Assembly: GCA_963708135.1 (NCBI GenBank)
Contig: OY970192.1
Coordinates: 224,001 to 288,000, forward strand
Direction of reading: 5' to 3'
Source: an uncultured Gemmatimonadales bacterium
GTDB taxonomy: Bacteria; Gemmatimonadota; Gemmatimonadetes; Longimicrobiales; RSA9
Length of the DNA stretch: 64,000 bases
Both the position numbers and the translations under genes were made by a program. The notes beneath the pieces are model-generated. The model was given only the letters and a program-made list of their open reading frames with translations. It had not been told where the DNA came from and searched no databases. Below, piece after piece: positions 18,896-28,357 of this stretch. Within the stretch, counting starts at the first letter, position 1. Every line of letters begins with the position of its first letter.

Positions 18896-20422
18896 CTACG
18901 CTCGCCACCCCTCGACCACCGCCATCACCTCCTCGCTCGCCTCGCCGAGCTCGGTGGGCGGGGCGGCGCCGGCCTCGAGCAGCAGCCGAGCGATGCGCGC
19001 GTGCTCGCCGCGCGGGCCGTGCACTGAGCCGTGGCTGCACCAGCCGAGCGGGGTCGCCCCGAAGTGCGTATCGCGCATCTCCAGGAGCGACGCTGCCGCC
19101 GGGTGCTCGAGCACCTTCGCCACACACTCCGCGGAGCCCTGCCAGGCGGCGGTGTGCAGCACGGTGGCGCCGCCCTCGTTCGTGGCGTCCGGCCCCAGCC
19201 CCAGGTCGAGCATGAGGGCGACGGCGCGCGCGTTCCCCGCCCAGCCCGCCTCCGGCAATGCGCTGCGGTCCCGGGCATCGAGGGACCCGAACAGCGTCGG
19301 GTCCTCCGCGAGCAGCGCGCGTGCAGCGTCCTCGTCGCCTTCCGCGAGCGCGGCGACGAGGCGCTGCCGCGGCGTCGCGTGCGCGGCCATGATCTCGACC
19401 GTGGCGTGCTGCTCGAACTGGGCCGCCACCTGCAGCGGCGTGCGGTCGACGCCGATCGTCCACGTGTAGATGTGGTCGGCCGACGGCGGCTTCGCGCCGT
19501 AGTCGCCGTGGCCGGTGCGCAGGTCGAGCAGCGACGGATCGGCCTCGACCATCTCCCCCGCGCGCTCGGCGAGGCCAAGCGCGGCGGCCAGGAAGATGTC
19601 CGCGGTCGCGCCGCGCTCGACGAGGTAGCCGGCCAGGTCGTAGCGTCCGGCGCCGCGCCGGCGGTCGAGCATCCACTGCGCCGGCGTCCCGCGGTGGTCC
19701 ACGTCGCGGGCGTCCGGCTCCGCGCCCGCGTCGAGCAGCAGGTCCACCACGGCGCGGGAGCGCGCGAAGTGCAGCGGCGTCTGCCCGTCGCCGCCGCGCT
19801 CGCGCACGCGCGCGGGGTCCTCCGCCAGCATGGCGGCCAGCAGCGCGGGCCGGTCGAGGTTCGCCGCCGCGCACGCGTCCGGCACCGCCCCGCGCTCGAG
19901 CAGCCGCTCCGCCACCTCGCCCGTTGCCGAGTGCAGCGGATGGAAGCCCCCTGCCCACCACGAGCTGCGCAGGTTCGGGTCGGCGCCGAAGTCGAGCAGC
20001 ACGTCCACGAGCGCGACGTCGCCCCGCCCGGCCACGTGCACCAATGCGGGCGAGTCGAACGCGAAGAGCGGCTCGTTCACGAGCGCGCGGAGCTCCGCGT
20101 GGCTCTCCAGGAGGCGACGCAGGGCGGCCGCATCTCCCTCGCGCAGCGCCACCCGCGCCGCGTCGAGGGCCGGCCGCTCGGCCGCGCGCCGCGTGGCCTC
20201 GATGTAGCGGCGCAGCTCCGCCCAGCTGCGGCAGCCGTGCTCGCGGGCGAGGACGTACTGGGCATCCGCCAGAGTGATCTTCGGCTTGTCGGGAAGCTGC
20301 GCGCGCACGCGGGTCAGCGCCCCGGCGTCGCCGGCGCGGAACGCGCGCAGCAGCTCCCTGGCGAGCTTCCGCTCCTGCTCGAGATCGGGACGGGCGGGCA
20401 GGGAAGGGTCGGACGGGCTCAT
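18896..20422 (-). CDS. Ankyrin repeat protein with N-terminal helical domain
   Basis: Ankyrin repeats (GQTPLHFA, TPLQVAA, GATVLHTAAW, ATPLGW); N-terminus LPARPDLEQERKLARELL..TLADAQYVLAREHG..SW; AAGGAGG RBS. Confidence 0.88.
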   Translation of the reverse strand: MSPSDPSLPARPDLEQERKLARELLRAFRAGDAGALTRVRAQLPDKPKITLADAQYVLAREHGCRSWAELRRYIEATRRAAERPALDAARVALREGDAAALRRLLESHAELRALVNEPLFAFDSPALVHVAGRGDVALVDVLLDFGADPNLRSSWWAGGFHPLHSATGEVAERLLERGAVPDACAAANLDRPALLAAMLAEDPARVRERGGDGQTPLHFARSRAVVDLLLDAGAEPDARDVDHRGTPAQWMLDRRRGAGRYDLAGYLVERGATADIFLAAALGLAERAGEMVEADPSLLDLRTGHGDYGAKPPSADHIYTWTIGVDRTPLQVAAQFEQHATVEIMAAHATPRQRLVAALAEGDEDAARALLAEDPTLFGSLDARDRSALPEAGWAGNARAVALMLDLGLGPDATNEGGATVLHTAAWQGSAECVAKVLEHPAAASLLEMRDTHFGATPLGWCSHGSVHGPRGEHARIARLLLEAGAAPPTELGEASEEVMAVVEGWRA

Positions 20423-20545
20423 GTGGGCCTCCTTCGATCACGGCCGCTGTCCGCGCGATCGGCCTCGAAAGAGGTCGCGCATCGCTGCTCGATTCGATCG
20501 GGTGGGCCCCGCCCTTCCCGCGGACCGGAGGCGCCCCGACGACGC
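20423..20545 (-). promoter_or_regulatory. Candidate structured cis-regulatory 5' leader of the ankyrin gene
   Basis: Nested complementary pairs GCCTCC/GGAGGC (the RBS) and GTCCGCG/CGCGGAC; upstream TTGCGG-17-GATCTT promoter-like element. Confidence 0.5.
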
Positions 20546-20774
20546 CGAAACGAAGATCGGCCGGGCCGGATGTGGCCGCAAGCCCCGAGAACGAGCGGCC
20601 GCCGCGCAGCGTCCTCGCACGGCGTCAGCGCCCGGGGTCCGTGTGCGGGTTCGTGTGCGTGCGCGCCGCTCCTGGCCCGCCGGTAGGTCGTCCTTGACCT
20701 CGGCTCCGCGAGCGCTACGTTTAGACTCACTAAGTGAGAGGTAGCACCTCGAATCGAGCAACGGGGCCGAAGCC

Positions 20775-21107
20775 ATGCCGACCACTTCCGCCGAGATCAT
20801 CCGTGGGACCGCGGACATGCTGATCCTGAAGCTGCTGGACCTCGAGCCGATGCACGGCTGGGGGATCGGGCAGCGCATGCAGGAGCTCTCGGGAGATGCG
20901 CTGCGGATCCAGCCGGGGGCGCTATACGGGGCGATGCACCGGCTGGTGCGGGAGGGCTGGGTACGCTCGTCGTGGCGGACGACGGAGAACGGGCGGCGGG
21001 CGCGCTACTACGAGCTGACGCCGGCCGGCCGGCGGCGGCTCGGGGTGGAGACGGAGACGTGGCGCCGGCTCTCCGGCGGCGTCGCGCTGATCCTCGCAGC
21101 CGGCTGA
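20775..21107 (+). CDS. PadR family transcriptional regulator (acidobacterial type)
   Basis: GTADMLIL..MHGWGI..GALY..HRL..ENGRRARYYELT; directly upstream of an ADOP permease. Confidence 0.92.
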   Translation: MPTTSAEIIRGTADMLILKLLDLEPMHGWGIGQRMQELSGDALRIQPGALYGAMHRLVREGWVRSSWRTTENGRRARYYELTPAGRRRLGVETETWRRLSGGVALILAAG

Positions 21108-21114
21108 GGCGACG

Positions 21115-23754
21115 ATGCGGCGGCTGTTTGCCGACCTGCGCTACCGGCTCCGCGTGCTCCTTCGACGGGGCACGTCTCAGCGCGAGCTGTACGAGGAGCT
21201 CTCGTTCCACCTCGAGATGGACGCGGCGGCGCTGCGCGCGCAGGGGGTCTCGGCGGAGGAGGCGGAGCGCGAGGCGCGGCGTCGCTTCGGCAGCATGGAG
21301 ATCGAGGCGGAGCGGGCGCGGCAGGGTTGGGGGATCTCGCCGGCCCTGGAATTTCTGGGGGATGCGCGGCACGCGCTCCGGCAGATGCGGCGCCGGGCCG
21401 GGTTCACGGCGATGGTCGTGCTCACGCTCGGGCTGGGGATCGGCGGGACGGTGGCGCTGTTCAGCGTCGTGAACGACCTGCTTGTGAGGCCGCTTCCGTA
21501 TCCGGACGCGGACCGCATCCAGATGTTCTGGATGGACTACGACTGGCGCGGCGTGGAGTACGATTTCGTGCGCGAGCGACGGGGCGTGTTCGAGAGCCTG
21601 GCCGCGTTCTCGACGAACGGGGCGCCGTACCACCCGAACGTGGCGGGGACGGACGGTGCGCGGCTGCTGCCGTTCGTGGTGGCCACGTCGACGCTGTCGG
21701 ATGTGCTCGGCGCGCGGCCGCTGCTGGGCCGGTGGTTCGACGCGGGCGAGGATCGGCCCGGGGCGGCGCCCGTGATCGTCATCAGCTACGGCATGTGGCG
21801 GCAGGACCTGGGTGGAAACCGGGACGTGATCGGCCACCGCATCCTGCTGGACGGAAAGCCGGTGACGGTGGTCGGGGTCATGCCGAAGGGGTTCTACTTT
21901 CCCACGCCGGACATCCGCGCCTGGCGCCCGCTCCGCCTGGATGCCTCGACGGACAGCTACCAGGGGACCGGCTATCTCAACCTGATCGGCCGGGTGGCCC
22001 CGGGGATCTCGCCGGCGCTCCTGCAGCGCGACGTTCAGAGGATCGCCCGCGACCTGGGCACGCGGTTCACATACCCCGAGGCCTGGGACAAGACGAAGAA
22101 TGCGCACGTCATCCCGATCCGGCAGTACCTGCTCGGGGACGTGCGCGACCCGCTCCTGCTGCTCCTGGCCGCGGTGACCCTGCTGCTCGGGATCGCGTGC
22201 GCCAACGCCGCGGCGCTGATCCTCGCGCGGACCAGCGACCGGTCCGGAGAGATGGCGGTGCGGAGCGCGCTGGGCGCCGGGCGCTGGCGGCTGGCGCGGC
22301 AGATCGCGGCGGAGTCCCTGGTCCTTGCGGTGGCGGCGGCGCTTCTCGGCGTCGGCATCGCGACGGCGGGCTTCCGCATCCTGGTGGCGCGGCTGCCCCT
22401 GGGAAGTGGCTTTGGCGAGATGGTGACGACCGGCTGGGAGACGCTGGGCGCCGGGCTGCTCCTCGCGCTCCTGATCGCGCTGGCGGCATCGGTCGCGCCG
22501 ATCCGCGCCCTCATCGCCGGGCGCTCGGGTGCGGGCCTGAATCGCGAGCGCAGCGAGGCCGGCCTGCGCCGGGGCACGCGACGCGTGCACCGCGCGCTCG
22601 TCGTCTCACAGGTGGCGCTCGCGGTGATGCTCGTGGTGGGGGCGACGCTGCTGATCCGGTCCGTGGGGCGGCTCCGCTCGGTCAACCTGGGCTTCGACCC
22701 AAACGGCGTCTCCACCTTCACGCTGCTCTCGAGCGAGGGCGCGCAGCCCGCCGCGCAGCGGGCGTTCTTCCGCGACGTGCTCGCGCGGGTGTCCGCGCTG
22801 CCCGGTGTGACCGCGGCCGGCCTGGTGAACCGGCTCCCCCTCCGCGACGGCGGCTACCAGGGGCCGGTCGGGATCGAGGGGCGGCCCGACCTCGCGGGGC
22901 CCAAGCGCCCGAACAGCCTCTATCGGCCCGTGACGCCGGGGTTCTTCCGCGCCATGGGCATGACGCTCCGGGAGGGCCGCGGCATCGAGCCCACGGATGT
23001 GGACGGCAGCCTGCCCGTCGTGGTGATCAGCGAATCCTTCGCCCGGCGCATGTGGCCCGGCCAGAGCGCTATCGGGAAGCACATCCTCTCTGGCTGGTCG
23101 GACACGATCCGCTCGCTGGCCGTGGTCGGCGTGGTCCACGAGGTACGCCTGACGAGCGTCACGGGCGAGGTCCCGTTCGTGATGTTCGTGCCGCGCGCTC
23201 AGCAGGCCCCCAACCCCGGCGCCGTCCTCGTCGTCCGCTCTCTCACCCCACCGGCAGTGCTCATCCCCGTCATGCGCCGGACAATCGCGGAGCTCGACCC
23301 ACAGGTGGCCGTGGCGCGCGTCCAGACCATGGACGACGTCGTGGCCGCCGCCCTCGCCCAGCCGCTCCGCCTGCGCTTCTTCCTCACCGTCTTCGCCGCG
23401 ATCGCGCTCGTGCTCGGGACCGTCGGGGTCTACGGCGTGGTCTCCTACGCCGTCGGCCGCCGCCGCGCGGAGTTCGCCATCCGCATGGCCCTCGGCGCGT
23501 CCCCCGAGCGCGTCCTTGGCGAGGTGCTGGCGCTGGGCGTCCTCCCCGTCCTGGCCGGCATCGTCCTGGGGCTGGCGGCATCCCTCGCCCTGAGCGGCCT
23601 GCTCGGCCGCTTCCTCTACGGCCTCGTCGCCACGGACCCCGCAAGCCTTCTCGCCGCCGCCGCCGTGCTCCTCCTCGCCGGCGTTACGGCCGCCCTCGTC
23701 CCGGCCCTCCGGGCGGGCCGGACCAGCCCCGGCCAGGCGCTGCGAGCGGAGTGA
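21115..23754 (+). CDS. ADOP family duplicated ABC permease with permease-prefix domain
   Basis: EELSFHLEM prefix; IACANAAAL; RRAEFAIRMALGA. Confidence 0.93.
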   Translation: MRRLFADLRYRLRVLLRRGTSQRELYEELSFHLEMDAAALRAQGVSAEEAEREARRRFGSMEIEAERARQGWGISPALEFLGDARHALRQMRRRAGFTAMVVLTLGLGIGGTVALFSVVNDLLVRPLPYPDADRIQMFWMDYDWRGVEYDFVRERRGVFESLAAFSTNGAPYHPNVAGTDGARLLPFVVATSTLSDVLGARPLLGRWFDAGEDRPGAAPVIVISYGMWRQDLGGNRDVIGHRILLDGKPVTVVGVMPKGFYFPTPDIRAWRPLRLDASTDSYQGTGYLNLIGRVAPGISPALLQRDVQRIARDLGTRFTYPEAWDKTKNAHVIPIRQYLLGDVRDPLLLLLAAVTLLLGIACANAAALILARTSDRSGEMAVRSALGAGRWRLARQIAAESLVLAVAAALLGVGIATAGFRILVARLPLGSGFGEMVTTGWETLGAGLLLALLIALAASVAPIRALIAGRSGAGLNRERSEAGLRRGTRRVHRALVVSQVALAVMLVVGATLLIRSVGRLRSVNLGFDPNGVSTFTLLSSEGAQPAAQRAFFRDVLARVSALPGVTAAGLVNRLPLRDGGYQGPVGIEGRPDLAGPKRPNSLYRPVTPGFFRAMGMTLREGRGIEPTDVDGSLPVVVISESFARRMWPGQSAIGKHILSGWSDTIRSLAVVGVVHEVRLTSVTGEVPFVMFVPRAQQAPNPGAVLVVRSLTPPAVLIPVMRRTIAELDPQVAVARVQTMDDVVAAALAQPLRLRFFLTVFAAIALVLGTVGVYGVVSYAVGRRRAEFAIRMALGASPERVLGEVLALGVLPVLAGIVLGLAASLALSGLLGRFLYGLVATDPASLLAAAAVLLLAGVTAALVPALRAGRTSPGQALRAE

Positions 23755-24100
23755 CGCGCCGGCGGCTGGCGCGGGCCAACGCCAGCCTGGCGCCTGCGGC
23801 CTTCGGCTACCGCCGGTGCTGAGCGTGGCACGGGTTACCACTTGTCGGGGGCTGACGCGGAGGATGGAGTCCCCCCGGCGCGCGGATCCGCGTGGTCGGG
23901 GTAACTCCGGCCGCGTGTAGAGGGGCCGGATCGCCCTGCGTCCGGGTTCGGGTGGGGCTGGCAAGCCGGAGGTCGGAGGAGCGGAGATCATGAATCCGTG
24001 CCCTCGGCTGCCGCGCCCGCGCTTGCGGAGTCCGAAGAATTCCGTTCGATTGTCCGAACGATTTCCCTCGCAGCATCGCCCATCCCGGAGCGTTCCCCCG

Positions 24101-24823
24101 ATGCATCACCTCCTCCGCTTTCTCTTCCTGCTCGGCCTCGTGTGTGCCCCCGCCGCCGCGCGGGCGCAGGGCTCCCCCGCACCGGCGGGCGCGCAGGCCC
24201 GGATCACGGCCCGCACCGCCGCCGTGGCCGACTCGCTCGCCGATCAGCGCTGGCACGGCATGGTCCTCGGCGGGGTGATGGGCGGCGCCGCCGCGGGGCT
24301 CGCGACCGCGGCGTTCTGCGAGGTCGGGGATTGTGGCAGGCAGACGGCCGAGGCCGGCCTCGTTGGCGCGTTCATCGGCGCCGGTCTCGGCGGCATGATC
24401 GGCAGCCGGATGCCGAAGCGGAGGCGGCTCGGCCGCCGCGATGGCGAGATGGGCGGCGGGGAAGTGGGTGGCGCTGCTCGGGAGGCGGGGCGCGCGGGGT
24501 CGAAGGGCGTCAGCGCCGTTGCGGGCGCCGGCCGCGTGGGGACCGGTTCCAGCCGCCCCAGACCGGACCTCGGCGGTGTCCAGGCCCGGCTCGCGCGCCG
24601 CCTCGCCGCCGCGGACTCGGTGACCCATCGCCAGTGGACGCCGATCGTTGCGGGGGCGGTGATGGTGGGGGCGTTCGGCGCGTGGATGGGCTATACGTGG
24701 TCCGGCGATACGGACAGCGGCGGCCACACCAACCGCGCCGTGGCCGCGCTCGGCTTCGGCGCGCTCGGCGCCGGTGTCGGCTCGATCCTGGGGGCATTCG
24801 CCGGAGTCCTGATCGACCGCTAA
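24101..24823 (+). CDS. Hypothetical exported/membrane protein with two glycine-zipper regions
   Basis: Signal peptide MHHLLRFLFLLGLVCAPAAARAQ; GxxxG-rich hydrophobic hairpins occur twice. Confidence 0.6.
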   Translation: MHHLLRFLFLLGLVCAPAAARAQGSPAPAGAQARITARTAAVADSLADQRWHGMVLGGVMGGAAAGLATAAFCEVGDCGRQTAEAGLVGAFIGAGLGGMIGSRMPKRRRLGRRDGEMGGGEVGGAAREAGRAGSKGVSAVAGAGRVGTGSSRPRPDLGGVQARLARRLAAADSVTHRQWTPIVAGAVMVGAFGAWMGYTWSGDTDSGGHTNRAVAALGFGALGAGVGSILGAFAGVLIDR

Positions 24824-25124
24824 CCGGGCGGCCCTCCGGTTGCTAGCGCTCCCGCACTCGCGAGCCGGGCCGCTCCCCATCCACCGCTCGCGTAAGCGGC
24901 CCCTCCGCCGGGCACCCGATCGGGCTCTCCGCGTGCCGAACCGTACCATTGGCGCCGCTTCCAGCCGCGCCCGGTACGGTTGAGCTCCCCGGTGGTGTCG
25001 AACGCTTTATTGACTCCCCGGACCGCCCCCCGGATGGAGCGCGCGACCCCTGGAGGGGGCCCAACACTCCATCCGCGCCCAGCCACCCCGGGGACGCTAC
25101 GGTTGGACACATCCCGCCGTCAAG

Positions 25125-25326
25125 GTGCCGCCGTCACGTGCCGCCGTTCACGTGCCGCCGTTTGTAGTGCCGCCGTTGGCAGTGCCGCCGTTAGCAGTGC
25201 CGCCGTTGGCAGTGCCGCCGCTAGCAGTGCCGCCGTTGGCAGTGCCGCCGTTGGCAGTGCCGCCGTTGGCAGTGCCGCCGTTGGCAGTGCCGCCGTTGGC
25301 AGTGCCGCCGTTGGCAGTGCCGCCGT
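25125..25326. repeat. 15-bp tandem repeat (GTGCCGCCGTTGGCA), 14 copies including imperfect ones
   Basis: Directly visible; period 15 from 25152 to 25317. Confidence 0.95.
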
Positions 25327-25418
25327 CGTTGGTCCCCCCCCGGTTGCATTTCCTCACCCGCTCGACATTTTCAGACCCTGGACCGACGCTGGACGCACAT
25401 GGAAAACGGGCGCATACC

Positions 25419-28193
25419 ATGACGACGAAAACGATCGAGACGCGCGGCACGCTGGAGGTGGGGGGGCGTCGCTTCACCCTCTTCCGGCTGGACGCGCTGG
25501 AGAAGGCGGGGCTGCCGGTGGGGCGGCTGCCCTATTCGCTCAAGGTGCTGCTGGAGAACCTGCTCCGGCACCAGGACGGGCGGGTGGTGCGGGCGGAGGA
25601 CGTGGAGGCGCTCGCCGAGTGGGATGCGAAGGCGGTGCCGGACCGCGAGATCGCGTTCACGCCGGCGCGGGTGCTGCTGCAGGACTTCACGGGCGTGCCG
25701 GCGGTGGTGGACCTGGCGGCGATGCGGGACGCCATGGCGGCGATGGGCGGCGACCCGAAGAAGATCAACCCGCTGCAGCCGGCGGAGCTGGTGATCGACC
25801 ACTCGGTGCAGGTGGACGAGTTCGGGACGAAGATCGCGTTCGAGACGAACTCGGACATGGAGTATCGTCGCAACCGGGAGCGCTACGCGTTCCTGCGCTG
25901 GGGGCAGACGGCGTTCGAGAACTTCCGGGTGGTCCCGCCGGAGACGGGGATCGTGCACCAGGTGAACCTGGAATACCTGGCGCGCGTGGTGTTCGGCCAC
26001 GGCGCGGAGGGCGAGGCGCCGCTGGCGTACCCGGACACGCTGGTCGGCACGGACTCCCATACCACGATGGTGAACGGGCTGGGCGTGCTGGGCTGGGGCG
26101 TGGGCGGGATCGAGGCGGAGGCGGCCATGCTCGGGCAGCCCGTGTCGATGCTGATCCCGCAGGTCGTCGGCTTCCGCATGGAGGGGGAGCTGCCGGAGGG
26201 CGCGACCGCCACGGACCTCGTGCTGCGCGTCACGCAGTTGCTCCGGCAGCGCGGGGTGGTCGGCAAGTTCGTCGAGTTCTTCGGCCCCGGCCTGCACACG
26301 CTGCCGCTGGCCGACCGCGCGACCATCGCCAACATGGCGCCGGAGTACGGCGCCACCTGCGGCATCTTCCCGATCGACGCCGAGACGCTGAAGTACCTTC
26401 GCTTCACGAACCGCAGCGAGACGCACGTGGCGCTGGTAGAGGCTTACGCGCGCGAGCAGGGGCTGTTTCACACCAAGGACTCGCCCGAGGCGGAGTACAC
26501 GGACACGCTCGCGCTGGACCTGGCCACGGTCGAGCCGTCGCTCGCGGGGCCACGCCGGCCGCAGGACCGCATCGCGCTCTCGGACGCCAAGCGCTCGTTC
26601 ATGGAGGCGCTCGGCGAGCTGACCAAGGCCGTGGGCCCGAGGCCGGCGCCGAAGGAGAAGGAGCGCTGGGAGGGGGAGGGCGGCGAGCCGGTCGAGGCGG
26701 CCGTGGGCACGGCGCCCCGCCGCGAGGTGCGCTGCGTGCTGGCGGGCGGGGACGTCACGCTGTGCGACGGCGCGGTGGTCATCGCCGCGATCACGAGTTG
26801 CACCAACACCTCCAACCCGTCCGTCATGTGCGCGGCCGGGCTGCTGGCGAAGAAGGCGGTGGAGAAGGGGCTCATGGCGAAGCCGTGGGTCAAGACGTCG
26901 CTTGCACCCGGCTCGAAGGTGGTCACCGACTACCTGGGCGAGGCGGGGCTCACGCCCTACCTCGAGCGGCTCGGCTTCAACCTCGTCGGCTACGGCTGCA
27001 CGACCTGCATCGGGAACAGCGGCCCGCTCCCGGAGGCGGTCTCGCGCGCGATCCAGGAAGGCGACCTCGTCGCCTGCAGCGTCCTCAGCGGCAACCGCAA
27101 CTTCGAGGGCCGCATCAACCCCGACGTGCGCGCCAACTACCTGGCCTCGCCGCCGCTCGTGGTGGCGTACGCGCTCGCGGGGCGCATGGACATCGACCTC
27201 TACAACGAGCCGATCGGCACCGACGAGACCGGGCGCTCCGTCTTCCTCAAGGACATCTGGCCCACGCAGAAGGAGGTGGCCGACGTCGTCCGCAGCGCCG
27301 TGCGCGCCGACATGTTCGAGAAGGAGTACGCCGAGGTCTTCACCGGCGACGAGCGCTGGCGCTCGCTGCCGATCCCCGAGGGCGAGCTCTACGCCTGGGA
27401 CGACGCCTCCACCTACGTCAAGCTGCCGCCCTACTTCGTCGATATGCCGGAGGAGCCGCCCGCGCCCGCCGACATCCACGGCGCGCGCGTGCTGGCGCTG
27501 CTGGGCGACAGCATCACCACCGATCACATCTCGCCCGCCGGCTCGATCAAGAAGGACAGCCCCGCCGGGCGCTACCTCGTCTCGCGCGGCGTGGAGCCGA
27601 AGGACTTCAACTCCTACGGCTCCCGGCGCGGCAACGACGAGGTCATGGTGCGCGGCACCTTCGCCAACATCCGGCTGAAGAACCGGCTGGTGCCGGGCGT
27701 CGAGGGCGGCTTCACCCGCCACCTGCCCGACGGCGAGCAGCTCTCCATCTACGACGCCGCCATGCGCTACCAGGCCGACGGCGTGCCGCTCCTCGTCATC
27801 GCCGGCAAGGAGTACGGCTCCGGCTCCTCGCGCGACTGGGCCGCCAAGGGCACGCTCCTCCTCGGCGTCCGCGCCGTCCTCGCCGAGAGCTACGAGCGCA
27901 TCCACCGCTCCAACCTCATCGGCATGGGCGTGCTCCCGCTCCAGTTCGCCGCCGGCGAGAGCGCCGAGACGCTCGGCCTCACCGGCGAGCAGGTCTTCGA
28001 CGTCGAGGGGCTGGCCGACGCCGTCGCCAGCGGCTTCGCCTCCGGCCGCGACGTCCACGTGCGCGCCACCCGCACCGATGGCGTCGACATCGAGTTCACG
28101 GCGAGGGTCAGGATCGACACCCCGCAGGAGGTGGAGTACTACAGGCACGGCGGGATCCTGCAGTACGTGCTGCGGGGGATGCTGGGGAGGTAG
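25419..28193 (+). CDS. acnA: Aconitate hydratase AcnA
   Basis: [65 protein letters not shown]. Confidence 0.97.
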   Translation: MTTKTIETRGTLEVGGRRFTLFRLDALEKAGLPVGRLPYSLKVLLENLLRHQDGRVVRAEDVEALAEWDAKAVPDREIAFTPARVLLQDFTGVPAVVDLAAMRDAMAAMGGDPKKINPLQPAELVIDHSVQVDEFGTKIAFETNSDMEYRRNRERYAFLRWGQTAFENFRVVPPETGIVHQVNLEYLARVVFGHGAEGEAPLAYPDTLVGTDSHTTMVNGLGVLGWGVGGIEAEAAMLGQPVSMLIPQVVGFRMEGELPEGATATDLVLRVTQLLRQRGVVGKFVEFFGPGLHTLPLADRATIANMAPEYGATCGIFPIDAETLKYLRFTNRSETHVALVEAYAREQGLFHTKDSPEAEYTDTLALDLATVEPSLAGPRRPQDRIALSDAKRSFMEALGELTKAVGPRPAPKEKERWEGEGGEPVEAAVGTAPRREVRCVLAGGDVTLCDGAVVIAAITSCTNTSNPSVMCAAGLLAKKAVEKGLMAKPWVKTSLAPGSKVVTDYLGEAGLTPYLERLGFNLVGYGCTTCIGNSGPLPEAVSRAIQEGDLVACSVLSGNRNFEGRINPDVRANYLASPPLVVAYALAGRMDIDLYNEPIGTDETGRSVFLKDIWPTQKEVADVVRSAVRADMFEKEYAEVFTGDERWRSLPIPEGELYAWDDASTYVKLPPYFVDMPEEPPAPADIHGARVLALLGDSITTDHISPAGSIKKDSPAGRYLVSRGVEPKDFNSYGSRRGNDEVMVRGTFANIRLKNRLVPGVEGGFTRHLPDGEQLSIYDAAMRYQADGVPLLVIAGKEYGSGSSRDWAAKGTLLLGVRAVLAESYERIHRSNLIGMGVLPLQFAAGESAETLGLTGEQVFDVEGLADAVASGFASGRDVHVRATRTDGVDIEFTARVRIDTPQEVEYYRHGGILQYVLRGMLGR

Positions 28194-28357
28194 GGCGGGC
28201 GACATCTGGTCGACGCGGCGCTGTCATGAACGTCGGACTGGCGGCGTTCTCTGGCGGCGGTTCGGCGATCGCAAGGGAGGGGTCAGGGTGGGCGCGGCAG
28301 ACTCTCCAATGGCCTCTCCCCTGGACTCCATGGGCGGAGAAGAGGAGGCACACACTG

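Noticed and set aside
24939..24981. AACCGTACC/GGTACGGTT inverted repeat, with a 10-nt match to the tRNA-Ala 3' region as a possible att site
   Set aside because: Too short, and no integrase; compatible with chance
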